This document shows, one piece after another, positions 39,133 through 46,733 of a DNA stretch of 64,000 nucleotides. The notes beneath the pieces were generated by a model. The model was given only the letters and a program-made list of their open reading frames with translations. It made no database searches and had not been told where the DNA came from. The stretch is taken from contig CAWARY010000018.1 of NCBI GenBank assembly GCA_963784645.1, positions 121,378-185,377 on the forward strand. Direction: 5' to 3'. The stretch's first letter is position 1. Each line of letters opens with the position of its first letter. Source of the DNA: an uncultured Actinomycetota bacterium. Lineage in GTDB: Bacteria; Actinomycetota; Actinomycetes; JACCUZ01. The translations under genes were made by a program, and so were the position numbers.

Positions 39133-40095
39133 TCAGTCGTTCGCGTGCAGGGCGGCGTTGAGCTCGACCCGCTTGCCCTCCCGCGGCCTGGCCTCGACGG
39201 CCCCGGTCTGGGAGTTGCGCAGGAACAGCAGCCCGCTGGCGCCGAACAGCTCGCGCGCTTTGACGACCTCGCCGTCGCGCTCGCCGCCGACGATGAGCAC
39301 CTTGGTCCCGGCGGTGACGTAGAGACCGGCCTCGACGACGCAGTCGTCCCCGAGCGCGATGCCGACCCCCGCGTTGGCCCCGATCAGGCAGCGCTCGCCG
39401 ATCGTCACGACGAGCTCGCCGCCCCCGGAGAGGGTGCCGAGGATCGAGGCGCCGCCGCCGACGTCCGAGCCGTCGCCCACGGTGACGCCGGCGACGATCC
39501 GGCCCTCGACCATCGAGGTGCCGAGGGTGCCGGCGTTGAAGTTCACGAAGCCCTCGTGCATGACGGTCGTGCCGCTCGCCAGGTGCGCGCCGAGCCGCAC
39601 CCGGTCGGCGTCGGCGATGCGGACGCCGGACGGCAGGACGTAGTCGACCATGCGGGGGAACTTGTCGACGCCGAGCACGGTCACCGGGCCGCGCGACAGG
39701 AGACGCAGGCGGGTCTGCTCGAAGTCGTCGACGGCGCACGGTCCGTGGTCGGTCCACACGACGTTGGTCAGCAGGCCGAAGATCCCGGTGAGGTCGGCGC
39801 CGTGCGGCCGCACCAGCCGGTGCGACAGCAGGTGCAGGCGGAGCCATACGTCGAGGGTGCCGGCCGGCGGCGCGTCGAGGTCGGCCGTGACCTCGACGAG
39901 GTGGCGGCGGGTGCCGCGGTCGTCGTCGTCACCGGTGAGCTTCTCGAGCGCCGCCCGGTCGACGGTGCTGCTCGGGGCGTCGCCGAGGACCGGACCGGGG
40001 AACCAGACGTCCAGCACGTCACCGCTCCGCGTGTGCGTCGTGGCCAGCCCGACGCCGTAGGCCGTGCGGGGCGGGGACTCGCTGGTGCCGGGCAT
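39133..40095 (-). CDS. dapD: 2,3,4,5-tetrahydropyridine-2,6-dicarboxylate N-succinyltransferase
   Basis: ATG at 40095. Actinobacterial long-form DapD: ..[14 protein letters not shown]...[38 protein letters not shown]. (hexapeptide repeats). Confidence 0.85.
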   Translation of the reverse strand: MPGTSESPPRTAYGVGLATTHTRSGDVLDVWFPGPVLGDAPSSTVDRAALEKLTGDDDDRGTRRHLVEVTADLDAPPAGTLDVWLRLHLLSHRLVRPHGADLTGIFGLLTNVVWTDHGPCAVDDFEQTRLRLLSRGPVTVLGVDKFPRMVDYVLPSGVRIADADRVRLGAHLASGTTVMHEGFVNFNAGTLGTSMVEGRIVAGVTVGDGSDVGGGASILGTLSGGGELVVTIGERCLIGANAGVGIALGDDCVVEAGLYVTAGTKVLIVGGERDGEVVKARELFGASGLLFLRNSQTGAVEARPREGKRVELNAALHAND

Positions 40096-40133
40096 GGACG
40101 TCAGCCTGCCAGAGCCGGGTAGCGTCCTCGCGC

Positions 40134-40811
40134 ATGGCACTGGCACGGTGGAAGGACCTCTGCGTCGACGTCGCCGACCCCACGGTGGTCGCGGCGTTCT
40201 GGGGGCCGCTGCTCGGGCTGGAGACGCATCCCCACACCCGCACCGGAGTCACCCGGCTGGCGGGCGGGCCGGTGGAGCGCACCACCTGGCTCAACCGGGT
40301 GCCGGAGCCGAAGACGGTCAAGAACCGCGTGCACCCCGACCTCGTTCTGGACTCGGTGCAGCCGCTGCTCGCTGCCGGGGCCACCGTGCTGCACGCGCCG
40401 GCGCCCGGCTGGGACTGGCACGTGCTCGCCGACCCCGAGGGCAACGAGCTCTGTGTCTTCACGCCGGCGCCGCGCGACTGGTCGAGCGGCCTGGACGTCG
40501 ACGCGACTGACGCCGAGAGGCTCGCGGCGTGGTGGTCCGGGGTCCTGGACGCGCGGCTCTCGCCCGGCCCGGACGGCGTACGCCGGTGGCTGCGGGACGT
40601 GCCCGGGCTGCCGTTCGACGTCTGGAAGTTCGTACCGTGCCCGGACCCGAAGATCGTCAAGAACCGCTGGCACTGGGACGTGGTGTGCGACGACGTCGAC
40701 GCTCTCGTCGCGCGGGGCGCGTCCCTGCTGCGCGGGCCGGACGAGGACATCGACTGGCACGTCCTCGCCGACCCCGAAGGCAACGAGTTCTGCGCCTTCC
40801 GGTCCCACTAG
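40134..40811 (+). CDS. VOC/glyoxalase-fold protein, internally duplicated
   Basis: Two halves each end in ..VKNR.H.D.....V..L...GA......P....[14 protein letters not shown]. Confidence 0.7.
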   Translation: MALARWKDLCVDVADPTVVAAFWGPLLGLETHPHTRTGVTRLAGGPVERTTWLNRVPEPKTVKNRVHPDLVLDSVQPLLAAGATVLHAPAPGWDWHVLADPEGNELCVFTPAPRDWSSGLDVDATDAERLAAWWSGVLDARLSPGPDGVRRWLRDVPGLPFDVWKFVPCPDPKIVKNRWHWDVVCDDVDALVARGASLLRGPDEDIDWHVLADPEGNEFCAFRSH

Positions 40812-40821
40812 GGTCCGGGGC

Positions 40822-41880
40822 ATGACGCGCCTGGACCTGTCCCTCGACGCCGCTGCGCTGACCGTCGTGCTCTGCGACATCGAGTCGGTGAGCGGCAACG
40901 AGCGACGGCTGGCCGAGGCGGTCGAGCTGGTGCTGCGCGAGGTGCCACACCTGTCGGTCCATCGCGACGGCGACGCGGTCGTGGCGCGGACCGAGCTGGG
41001 CCGGGCCGAGCGGGTGGTGCTCGCGGGCCACCTCGACACCGTGCCGCTGGGCGACAACCTGCCGTGCCGGGTCGAGGACGGCCGGATCCACGGCTGCGGC
41101 ACGACCGACATGAAGAGCGGCGTGGCCGTGCAGCTGCGGCTCGCGGCCCAGCTCGTGGCGCCGAACCGCGACATCACCTACGTCTTCTACGACAACGAGG
41201 AGGTCGAGGCCGACAAGAACGGTCTCGGCCGGATCGCCCGCGACCACCCCGACTGGCTGGCCGCCGACTTCGCGGTGCTGATGGAACCCACCAACGCCCT
41301 GGTCGAGGGCGGCTGCCAGGGCACGCTGCGCGCCGACGTCGTGCTCACCGGCCACCGCGCCCACTCGGCGCGGTCCTGGCTGGGGGACAACGCCGTGCAC
41401 AAGGCGGGCGAGGTGCTGCGCCGGCTCGCCGACCATCGGCCGGCCGAGGTGGACATCGACGGCCTGGTGTACCGCGAGGGCCTCAACGCGGTCGGCATCA
41501 CCGGGGGGGTGGCCGGCAACGTCATCCCGGACGAGTGCGTCGTGCAGGTCAACTACCGGTTCGCACCGTCGCGGTCCGAGGCCGAGGCGGCGGACGTCGT
41601 ACGCGAGGTGCTCGACGGCTTCGACGTGCGCGTCACCGACACCGCGCCCGGCGCACTGCCGGGGCTGTCGCACCCGGCCGCGGCGGCGTTCGTCGAGATG
41701 GTCGGGCGCGATCCGCTGCCCAAGTTCGGCTGGACCGACGTCGCGCGGTTCTCGGCGCTCGGCGTCCCCGCGGTGAACTACGGGCCGGGCGACCCGATGG
41801 TCGCGCACCAGCGCGAGGAGTACTGCGACATCGCGCCGATCCTGGAGTGCGAGCAGACGCTGCTCGCCTGGCTGGGCTGA
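40822..41880 (+). CDS. dapE: Succinyl-diaminopimelate desuccinylase (M20 peptidase)
   Basis: ATG at 40822. ..SVSGNERRLAE...VLAGHLDTVP...GCGTTDMKSGVA...DNEEV...GPGDPMVAHQREEY. Confidence 0.85.
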   Translation: MTRLDLSLDAAALTVVLCDIESVSGNERRLAEAVELVLREVPHLSVHRDGDAVVARTELGRAERVVLAGHLDTVPLGDNLPCRVEDGRIHGCGTTDMKSGVAVQLRLAAQLVAPNRDITYVFYDNEEVEADKNGLGRIARDHPDWLAADFAVLMEPTNALVEGGCQGTLRADVVLTGHRAHSARSWLGDNAVHKAGEVLRRLADHRPAEVDIDGLVYREGLNAVGITGGVAGNVIPDECVVQVNYRFAPSRSEAEAADVVREVLDGFDVRVTDTAPGALPGLSHPAAAAFVEMVGRDPLPKFGWTDVARFSALGVPAVNYGPGDPMVAHQREEYCDIAPILECEQTLLAWLG

Positions 41881-41884
41881 GCCG

Positions 41885-43033
41885 TCATGGACTGGCGGGC
41901 TGGTCCAGGAATGCGCGGTCCAGTTCCGTCCCGGTCCTGCTGTAGGCCACCAGTTGCGCCCGAGCAAGGTCGCCTGCGGGCAGGTCGCGGACCACGACCG
42001 CGCGCCACAGCGATCCCTGCACGGTGTAGGGCTTGATCGTCGCCCCCATCCTCGCCGCAACCTGGAGCCGCACCAGGTCGACTTCCGGCGCGAGGACTGC
42101 GATGGCAAGACCACCGAGCGTGGTGACCGCGGCGATCGCCTTCCCGGTGAGCCGCTCCAGGCATACAGGGGTGACGCCGGCGTTACCCGAGACGAGGGCA
42201 TCGGTGTGGCCGAACGAGAGGGACACGTCCGCAGCCCCGCCGGAGCCGGGCAGCGGCCAGCGGCCCTGCTCCTCCCCCCGGCAGGCCTGCCGGGCGGGCA
42301 ACCATTCGTCGCCGAACCGAGCCGTCAGGTCGACGGCCTGCAGGACGGTGCCGCTGGCGTCGGAGTAGGCGACCAGCCGCTGCGGGGCGGGGCCGGTGTC
42401 CGGCAGGGTGAGGGCGAACATCCGGGTGCCGTCCCAGCCGGTCGGGTGCAGCGGGGCGAGCGTCTCGTCGCCGTTGCTCATCCAGACCTGGACCTTCTGC
42501 ACCCGGTCGTCGACCGCACCGAGCACACCGTGGATGTCGCCACCGCCGGTCGTGCCGGAGAGCCAGTCGAAGGCGACTGCCGGGTCGTCGGCGCGGGCGT
42601 CGCGGGCGCTGCAGCCGCCCGCGCTGCCCGAGCCGGAGACGAAACGGTCGCAGAGGCTGGGACCCTTGCCGTCGGTGTCGGTGAGCACCAGCTCGTGCCG
42701 GACCTGCTGCCCGCCCATGGTCAGCGTCTCGGCGACCACCGGCTCGCCGAGGATGTTCTCCGTCGCCCACGGGTCGCCGCCGCCGGACCCGGACGCCGGG
42801 CCACCCGCCGGGCTGCCGTCGTCGAGCAGCGCGGCGGCGCCGACCAGCCCGAGCAGCAGCGCCACGACAGCGGCCGCGGCGAGGAACCGCCGGCCGTGGT
42901 GGCCGTCGCGGGTCGCCAGCCGGGACTGCAGCTCGACCCACGCGTCGGCCGGCACCGGTCGTGCCGGCACGGCGCCGGCCGCGGCCCGCAGCCGCTGCTC
43001 GAGGTCGGCGTACCGGGTGTCGGTGTCGTTCAT
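41885..43033 (-). CDS. Putative membrane-anchored anti-sigma factor / regulator of the upstream ECF sigma
   Basis: ATGA overlap with the sigma gene. ~60-aa cytoplasmic N-terminus, one TM (FLAAAAVVALLLGLVGAAALL), ~300-aa extracytoplasmic domain with no recognised motif. Confidence 0.5.
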   Translation of the reverse strand: MNDTDTRYADLEQRLRAAAGAVPARPVPADAWVELQSRLATRDGHHGRRFLAAAAVVALLLGLVGAAALLDDGSPAGGPASGSGGGDPWATENILGEPVVAETLTMGGQQVRHELVLTDTDGKGPSLCDRFVSGSGSAGGCSARDARADDPAVAFDWLSGTTGGGDIHGVLGAVDDRVQKVQVWMSNGDETLAPLHPTGWDGTRMFALTLPDTGPAPQRLVAYSDASGTVLQAVDLTARFGDEWLPARQACRGEEQGRWPLPGSGGAADVSLSFGHTDALVSGNAGVTPVCLERLTGKAIAAVTTLGGLAIAVLAPEVDLVRLQVAARMGATIKPYTVQGSLWRAVVVRDLPAGDLARAQLVAYSRTGTELDRAFLDQPASP

Positions 43034-43620
43034 CGGCGGGCCTCCAGCTCGGCGGCGAGCGCGTCCAGCCCGCGCGAGACGTGCGACTTGACGGTGCCCC
43101 GGCTGACGCCCATCGCCTCGGCCATCTCGGCCTCGGTGAGGTCCAGCCAGTAGCGCAGGACCAGCGCCTCCCGGTGCCGCGGCGAGAGCCGCTGCAGGGC
43201 GGCGACCAGCTCGTGGTGGCTCTCGCGGGTCACGACGTCGTGCTCGGGGCTGGCCACCAGGTCCGGCGCCACGGCCTGCCGGGCGGCGTGCCGGCGGACG
43301 ACCGCGAGGTGGCGCAGCCGCGACCGGGTGAGGTTGACGACGGTGGCCCGCAGGTAGCCGACCGCTGCGTGCGGGTCGCGCAGCGTTCGGGTCCGGCGGT
43401 GCAGGCGGACGAACGCCTCCTGGGCGACGTCCTCGGGGTCGTCGGCGCCGAGCATCGTCGCCAGCCGGGTCATCGCGGCGAAGTGGCCGAAGAACAGGTC
43501 CCGGTAGTCGGCGGCAGCGTCCCCGCTGTCGCCGGAGTCGCGGCTCGGGTCACCCGGATCGTCCCCCACGCCGACATCCTGGTGGCCAACCGTCGTCGCT
43601 GGCTCCCCGGCTCGCTGCAC
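43030..43620 (-). CDS. ECF-type RNA polymerase sigma factor
   Basis: Region 2 ..DVAQEAFVRLHRR..YLRATVVNLTRSRLR. Region 4 ..LSPRHREALVLRYWLDLTEAEMAEAMGVSRGTVKSHVSRG. Start may be GTG 43620 or GTG 43569. Confidence 0.85.
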   Translation of the reverse strand: MQRAGEPATTVGHQDVGVGDDPGDPSRDSGDSGDAAADYRDLFFGHFAAMTRLATMLGADDPEDVAQEAFVRLHRRTRTLRDPHAAVGYLRATVVNLTRSRLRHLAVVRRHAARQAVAPDLVASPEHDVVTRESHHELVAALQRLSPRHREALVLRYWLDLTEAEMAEAMGVSRGTVKSHVSRGLDALAAELEARR

Positions 43621-43699
43621 ACCTCTCAGACGCCCGAGCCGCCCGAAGGTTGAGCCGGCCGACCCGCTTGATCCGCGGGGTCACCCCGTGCACTCCGAA

Positions 43700-43757
43700 T
43701 GTGCGCCGACACACCAACACGCTGGGCGTGTTGGTGTGTCGGCGCACAAAGGATCTT
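43700..43757. repeat. Hairpin repeat family 3, copy D (22-23-bp perfect stem plus conserved AAGGATCTT flank)
   Basis: TGTGCGCCGACACACCAACACGC tgg GCGTGTTGGTGTGTCGGCGCACA then AAGGATCTT. A related copy in opposite orientation lies at 62602-62659. Confidence 0.8.
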
Positions 43758-43792
43758 GCTTGGAGGGGGTGGCCGGCCGGCGAGGGGAGGTG

Positions 43793-44317
43793 TCAGGCGG
43801 GGGCGGGGACCGAGATGCCGATGCCGCCGAGCGTGTCGGCGCCGAAGGTCTCGATCTCCTGGGGGAGGTCGAGGGGGACGAGTGAGGCGCGCCGGGCGAG
43901 GATCTCCGGCGTGAGCAGGTCGGCGGGCACCAGCCAGCTGACCTCGAGCTCGAGGCCGTCGGGGTCCTTGGCGTAGAGGGCCTTGGTGGTCGCGTGGTCG
44001 GTGGCACCGACGAGCGCGCCACGGGTCTGCAGCCGCTCGGCGATCTCGGCCAGGTCGGCGAGGGTCTCGACCTCCCAGGCCAGGTGGTACAGCCCGACCG
44101 TGGTGCGGCCGGCACCGGACGCAGCCGCCGCGGAGCCGATCTCGAACAGGCCGAGGTCGTGGTCGTTCGTCGAGGCCGGGGCGCGGAGGAACGCGGCCCC
44201 CTGCAGGCCGTCCATCCCGTCGATCGGCGCGAAGCCCAGGACCTCGGAGTAGAACGCGACGCTGGCGCGCACGTCGCGCACGAACAGGACGGCGTGGTTC
44301 AGGCGACGGACGGGCAC
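43793..44317 (-). CDS. VOC-family (glyoxalase / extradiol dioxygenase-like) protein
   Basis: GTG at 44317 after AGGAG. VRRLNHAVLFVRDVRASVAFYSEVLGF...GLYHLAWEV...HATTKALYAKDPDGLELEV. Confidence 0.8.
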   Translation of the reverse strand: MPVRRLNHAVLFVRDVRASVAFYSEVLGFAPIDGMDGLQGAAFLRAPASTNDHDLGLFEIGSAAAASGAGRTTVGLYHLAWEVETLADLAEIAERLQTRGALVGATDHATTKALYAKDPDGLELEVSWLVPADLLTPEILARRASLVPLDLPQEIETFGADTLGGIGISVPAPA

Positions 44318-44350
44318 GGCGGGCTCCTGACGCTCGGGAGAGAACGCTCG

Positions 44351-44397
44351 TTGAACTCTCAACATACTGTACAGGGGGAAGGAAGTTGAGACCTCAA
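44351..44397. promoter_or_regulatory. Two TTGA-N4-TCAA palindromes in the divergent VOC/MarR promoter region (candidate MarR operators)
   Basis: TTGAACTCTCAA (44351-44362) and TTGAGACCTCAA (44386-44397), 35 bp centre to centre, in the least GC-rich part of the 101-bp gap. Confidence 0.35.
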
Positions 44398-44418
44398 GTA
44401 TTCCGCTAGGCTGGCGGG

Positions 44419-44910
44419 GTGACCGACAGCGCGAGCCCCGCCGTCCCAGCAGCCGAGGGCCGCGCTGCGACCCGCTGGCTGGACGAGAGGGAGCAACGGG
44501 CCTGGCGCGCCTTCCTGCAGGCCGCGACACGCGTCGACGACGTGCTGGAGCGCCAGCTGCAGCAGGAGGCGGGCATGCCGCACGCCTACTACCAGGTGCT
44601 CGCGATGCTGTCCGAGGCTCCCGACCGCACGCTGCGGATGAGCGAGCTGGCCGGTCTCACCACCTCGTCGGCGAGCCGGCTCTCGCACGCGGTGGCGCGG
44701 CTGGAGGAGAAGGGCTGGGTACGCCGGGAGAAGCACCCGACCGACCGGCGCGGTGCCCTGGCCGTCCTCACCGACGACGGGTGGGCTGCCGTCGTCGCCG
44801 CCGCGCCCGGTCACGTCGCCGCCGTCCGGGCCGCCGTCTTCGACCGGCTGGACGCCGCCCAGGTCCGACAGCTGCGCGAGATCAGCGAGCGGCTCGCCGA
44901 CGGGCCCTGA
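44419..44910 (+). CDS. MarR-family transcriptional regulator
   Basis: 163 aa. ..YYQVLAMLSEAPDRTLRMSELAGLTTSSASRLSHAVARLEEKGWVRREKHPTDRRGALAVLTDDG. Confidence 0.85.
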   Translation: MTDSASPAVPAAEGRAATRWLDEREQRAWRAFLQAATRVDDVLERQLQQEAGMPHAYYQVLAMLSEAPDRTLRMSELAGLTTSSASRLSHAVARLEEKGWVRREKHPTDRRGALAVLTDDGWAAVVAAAPGHVAAVRAAVFDRLDAAQVRQLREISERLADGP

Positions 44911-44957
44911 CGCCGTCCGGGGCGTGCTGCGCCGTCCGCCTGGATAGCCTGCGCGGC

Positions 44958-45788
44958 ATGAGTCTGGAGTTCACCGAGCCGACGGGCGCGGGCGCCGAAC
45001 CGGAGCCTGCGCACACGCCCGAGAAGCACAAGGGCCCGGTCACGCTGCGCCGGCGGCAGGTCGAGTCCGAGACCACCGACGCGCGGCTGCTCGACACCCG
45101 CGGCCCGACCGACTGGGTGCACGCGGATCCGTGGCGGGTGCTGCGGATCCAGTCCGAGTTCGTCGAGGGCTTCGGTGCGCTGGCCGAGCTCGGCCGGGCC
45201 GTCAGCGTCTTCGGGTCGGCGCGGGTGCACGAGGACGACCCGGAGTACGCGACCGGCAGGGCGGTCGGCCGGCTGCTCGTCGAGGCCGGCTACGCCGTCA
45301 TCACCGGCGGTGGCCCCGGCGCGATGGAAGCCGCGAACCGCGGGGCCTGCGAGGCCGGCGGTGTGTCGGTGGGGCTCGGCATCGAGCTGCCCTTCGAGCA
45401 GGGCATGAACCAGTGGGTCGACATCGGTGTCGACTTCCGGTACTTCTTCGCGCGCAAGACGATGTTCGTGAAGTACGCGCAGGGCTTCATCGTGCTGCCG
45501 GGCGGGTTCGGCACCTTCGACGAGCTGTTCGAGGCGCTCGTCCTGGTGCAGACCAAGAAGGTCACGTCGTTCCCGGTGGTGCTCCTCGGCCACGCGTACT
45601 GGGACGGGCTGGTCGACTGGCTGCGGTCCACCGTCCTGCCCGGCGGGAAGATCGGCGCTCGCGACCTCGACCTCTTCACGGTCACCGACGACCCGGCCGA
45701 GGCGGTCCGGATCGTCGCCCACGCCGACGGCATCCTGGACGAGTCCGCGCCCCCCGACGGCGAGGCGGCCCGCAAGGGCGCCGAGTAG
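44958..45788 (+). CDS. LOG-family (TIGR00730) nucleotide phosphoribohydrolase, long form
   Basis: ..VSVFGSAR...GYAVITGGGPGAMEAANRG...GLGIELPFEQ..N......F.YFF.RK.MF......FIVLPGGFGTFDELFE (PGGxGTxxE motif). Confidence 0.85.
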   Translation: MSLEFTEPTGAGAEPEPAHTPEKHKGPVTLRRRQVESETTDARLLDTRGPTDWVHADPWRVLRIQSEFVEGFGALAELGRAVSVFGSARVHEDDPEYATGRAVGRLLVEAGYAVITGGGPGAMEAANRGACEAGGVSVGLGIELPFEQGMNQWVDIGVDFRYFFARKTMFVKYAQGFIVLPGGFGTFDELFEALVLVQTKKVTSFPVVLLGHAYWDGLVDWLRSTVLPGGKIGARDLDLFTVTDDPAEAVRIVAHADGILDESAPPDGEAARKGAE

Positions 45789-45790
45789 GC

Positions 45791-45947
45791 CGTGTCTCCC
45801 CACTCCATCTCGGCTCGCGGCCCGTGGCATCCAGCCCGGCGTCGTTGTCGTTCGCCCCGCGTAGAACACCGCTACGCGGGGCTCCTCCGCCTAGCCGGAT
45901 CGGGCGCCACGAACCGCTCCCTGATCGAGAGCGAGTGGGGAGACACG
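45791..45947 (+). promoter_or_regulatory. Structured intercistronic element: 15-bp perfect long-range inverted repeat whose right arm contains the RBS of the downstream LOG gene
   Basis: CGTGTCTCCCCACTC (45791-45805) and GAGTGGGGAGACACG (45933-45947). Internal 10-bp hairpin CCCCGCGTAG/CTACGCGGGG (45855-45881). GGGGAG lies ~10 nt upstream of GTG 45953. Confidence 0.5.
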
Positions 45948-45952
45948 ACCTA

Positions 45953-46555
45953 GTGGCGGCGGTCTGCGTCTTCTGCTCGTCCAGCGGGCGGATCGACCCG
46001 TCGTACGTCGAGCTTGCGGCCGCCGTGGGCACCGAGCTGGCCCGGCGCGGCCACAGCCTCGTGAGCGGCGGCGGCAGCGTGTCGTGCATGGGCGCAGTGG
46101 CGCGGGCCGCCCGGGCCGGTGGGGCGCACACCCTCGGCGTGATCCCGCAGGTGCTGCTCGCGCTCGAGGTCGCCGACCACGCCGCCGACGACCTGCTCGT
46201 GACCGACGACATGCGGGCCCGCAAGGGGCTGATGGACGAGCGCTCCGACGCGTTCCTCACGCTGCCGGGCGGCCTCGGGACGCTCGAGGAGCTGATCGAG
46301 ATCTGGGTGTCGCGCACGTTGGCGATGCACGGCAAGCCGGTGGTCGTCCTCGACCCCGACGGGCTCTACGACCCGTTGCGGGCACAGGTCGACCTGCTCG
46401 TCGAGCGTGGCTTCGTCCGCGACGGGGCGCGCGACGCGGTCACCTGGGTGACCGACGTCGGCGCGGCGTTCGACACCGTCGAGGCCCAGCTCGCCGAGGC
46501 GCCGCAGCCGGTGCTGACCGCCGCTCCCGACGAGGTGCTCGAAGCCGAACCCTGA
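45953..46555 (+). CDS. LOG-family (TIGR00730) nucleotide phosphoribohydrolase, short form
   Basis: GTG at 45953. VAAVCVFCSSSG...GHSLVSGGGSVSCMGAVARA...RK..M...SDAFLTLPGGLGTLEELIE. Confidence 0.85.
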   Translation: MAAVCVFCSSSGRIDPSYVELAAAVGTELARRGHSLVSGGGSVSCMGAVARAARAGGAHTLGVIPQVLLALEVADHAADDLLVTDDMRARKGLMDERSDAFLTLPGGLGTLEELIEIWVSRTLAMHGKPVVVLDPDGLYDPLRAQVDLLVERGFVRDGARDAVTWVTDVGAAFDTVEAQLAEAPQPVLTAAPDEVLEAEP

Positions 46556-46733
46556 CCGCCCCGCCCCGCCCCCGCCCCGGCCCCGCCCCGCCCCCGCCCC
46601 GACCTCCGCGCCGGCGATCACGTAAACGTGATCGACTGTCGCCTTGCACGGGTTGCACGCCATGCAAGGCGACGGTGGATCACGTAAACGTGATCGACTG
46701 ACGGGGGGCGGACGGGGGGGCGGACGGGGCGGG
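46556..46733. repeat. Nested symmetric element: C-tract / GATCACGTAAACGTGATCGACTG / 11-bp hairpin / GATCACGTAAACGTGATCGACTG / G-tract, filling the whole gap between convergent LOG2 and folP
   Basis: 23-bp direct repeat at 46616-46638 and 46678-46700, each containing the palindrome GATCACGT-AA-ACGTGATC. Hairpin GTCGCCTTGCA...TGCAAGGCGAC at 46638-46673. C-runs 46556-46601 and G-runs 46702-46733. Confidence 0.85.

Noticed and set aside
46556-46601. The C-rich tract as a poly-Pro/Ala coding tail of LOG2 or of the small ORFs 46440-46667 and 46084-46701
   Set aside because: LOG2 terminates at TGA 46553-46555, before the tract. The overlapping ORFs have no RBS or motif, and the tract has a mirror-image G-rich partner, which favours a structural DNA/RNA role.
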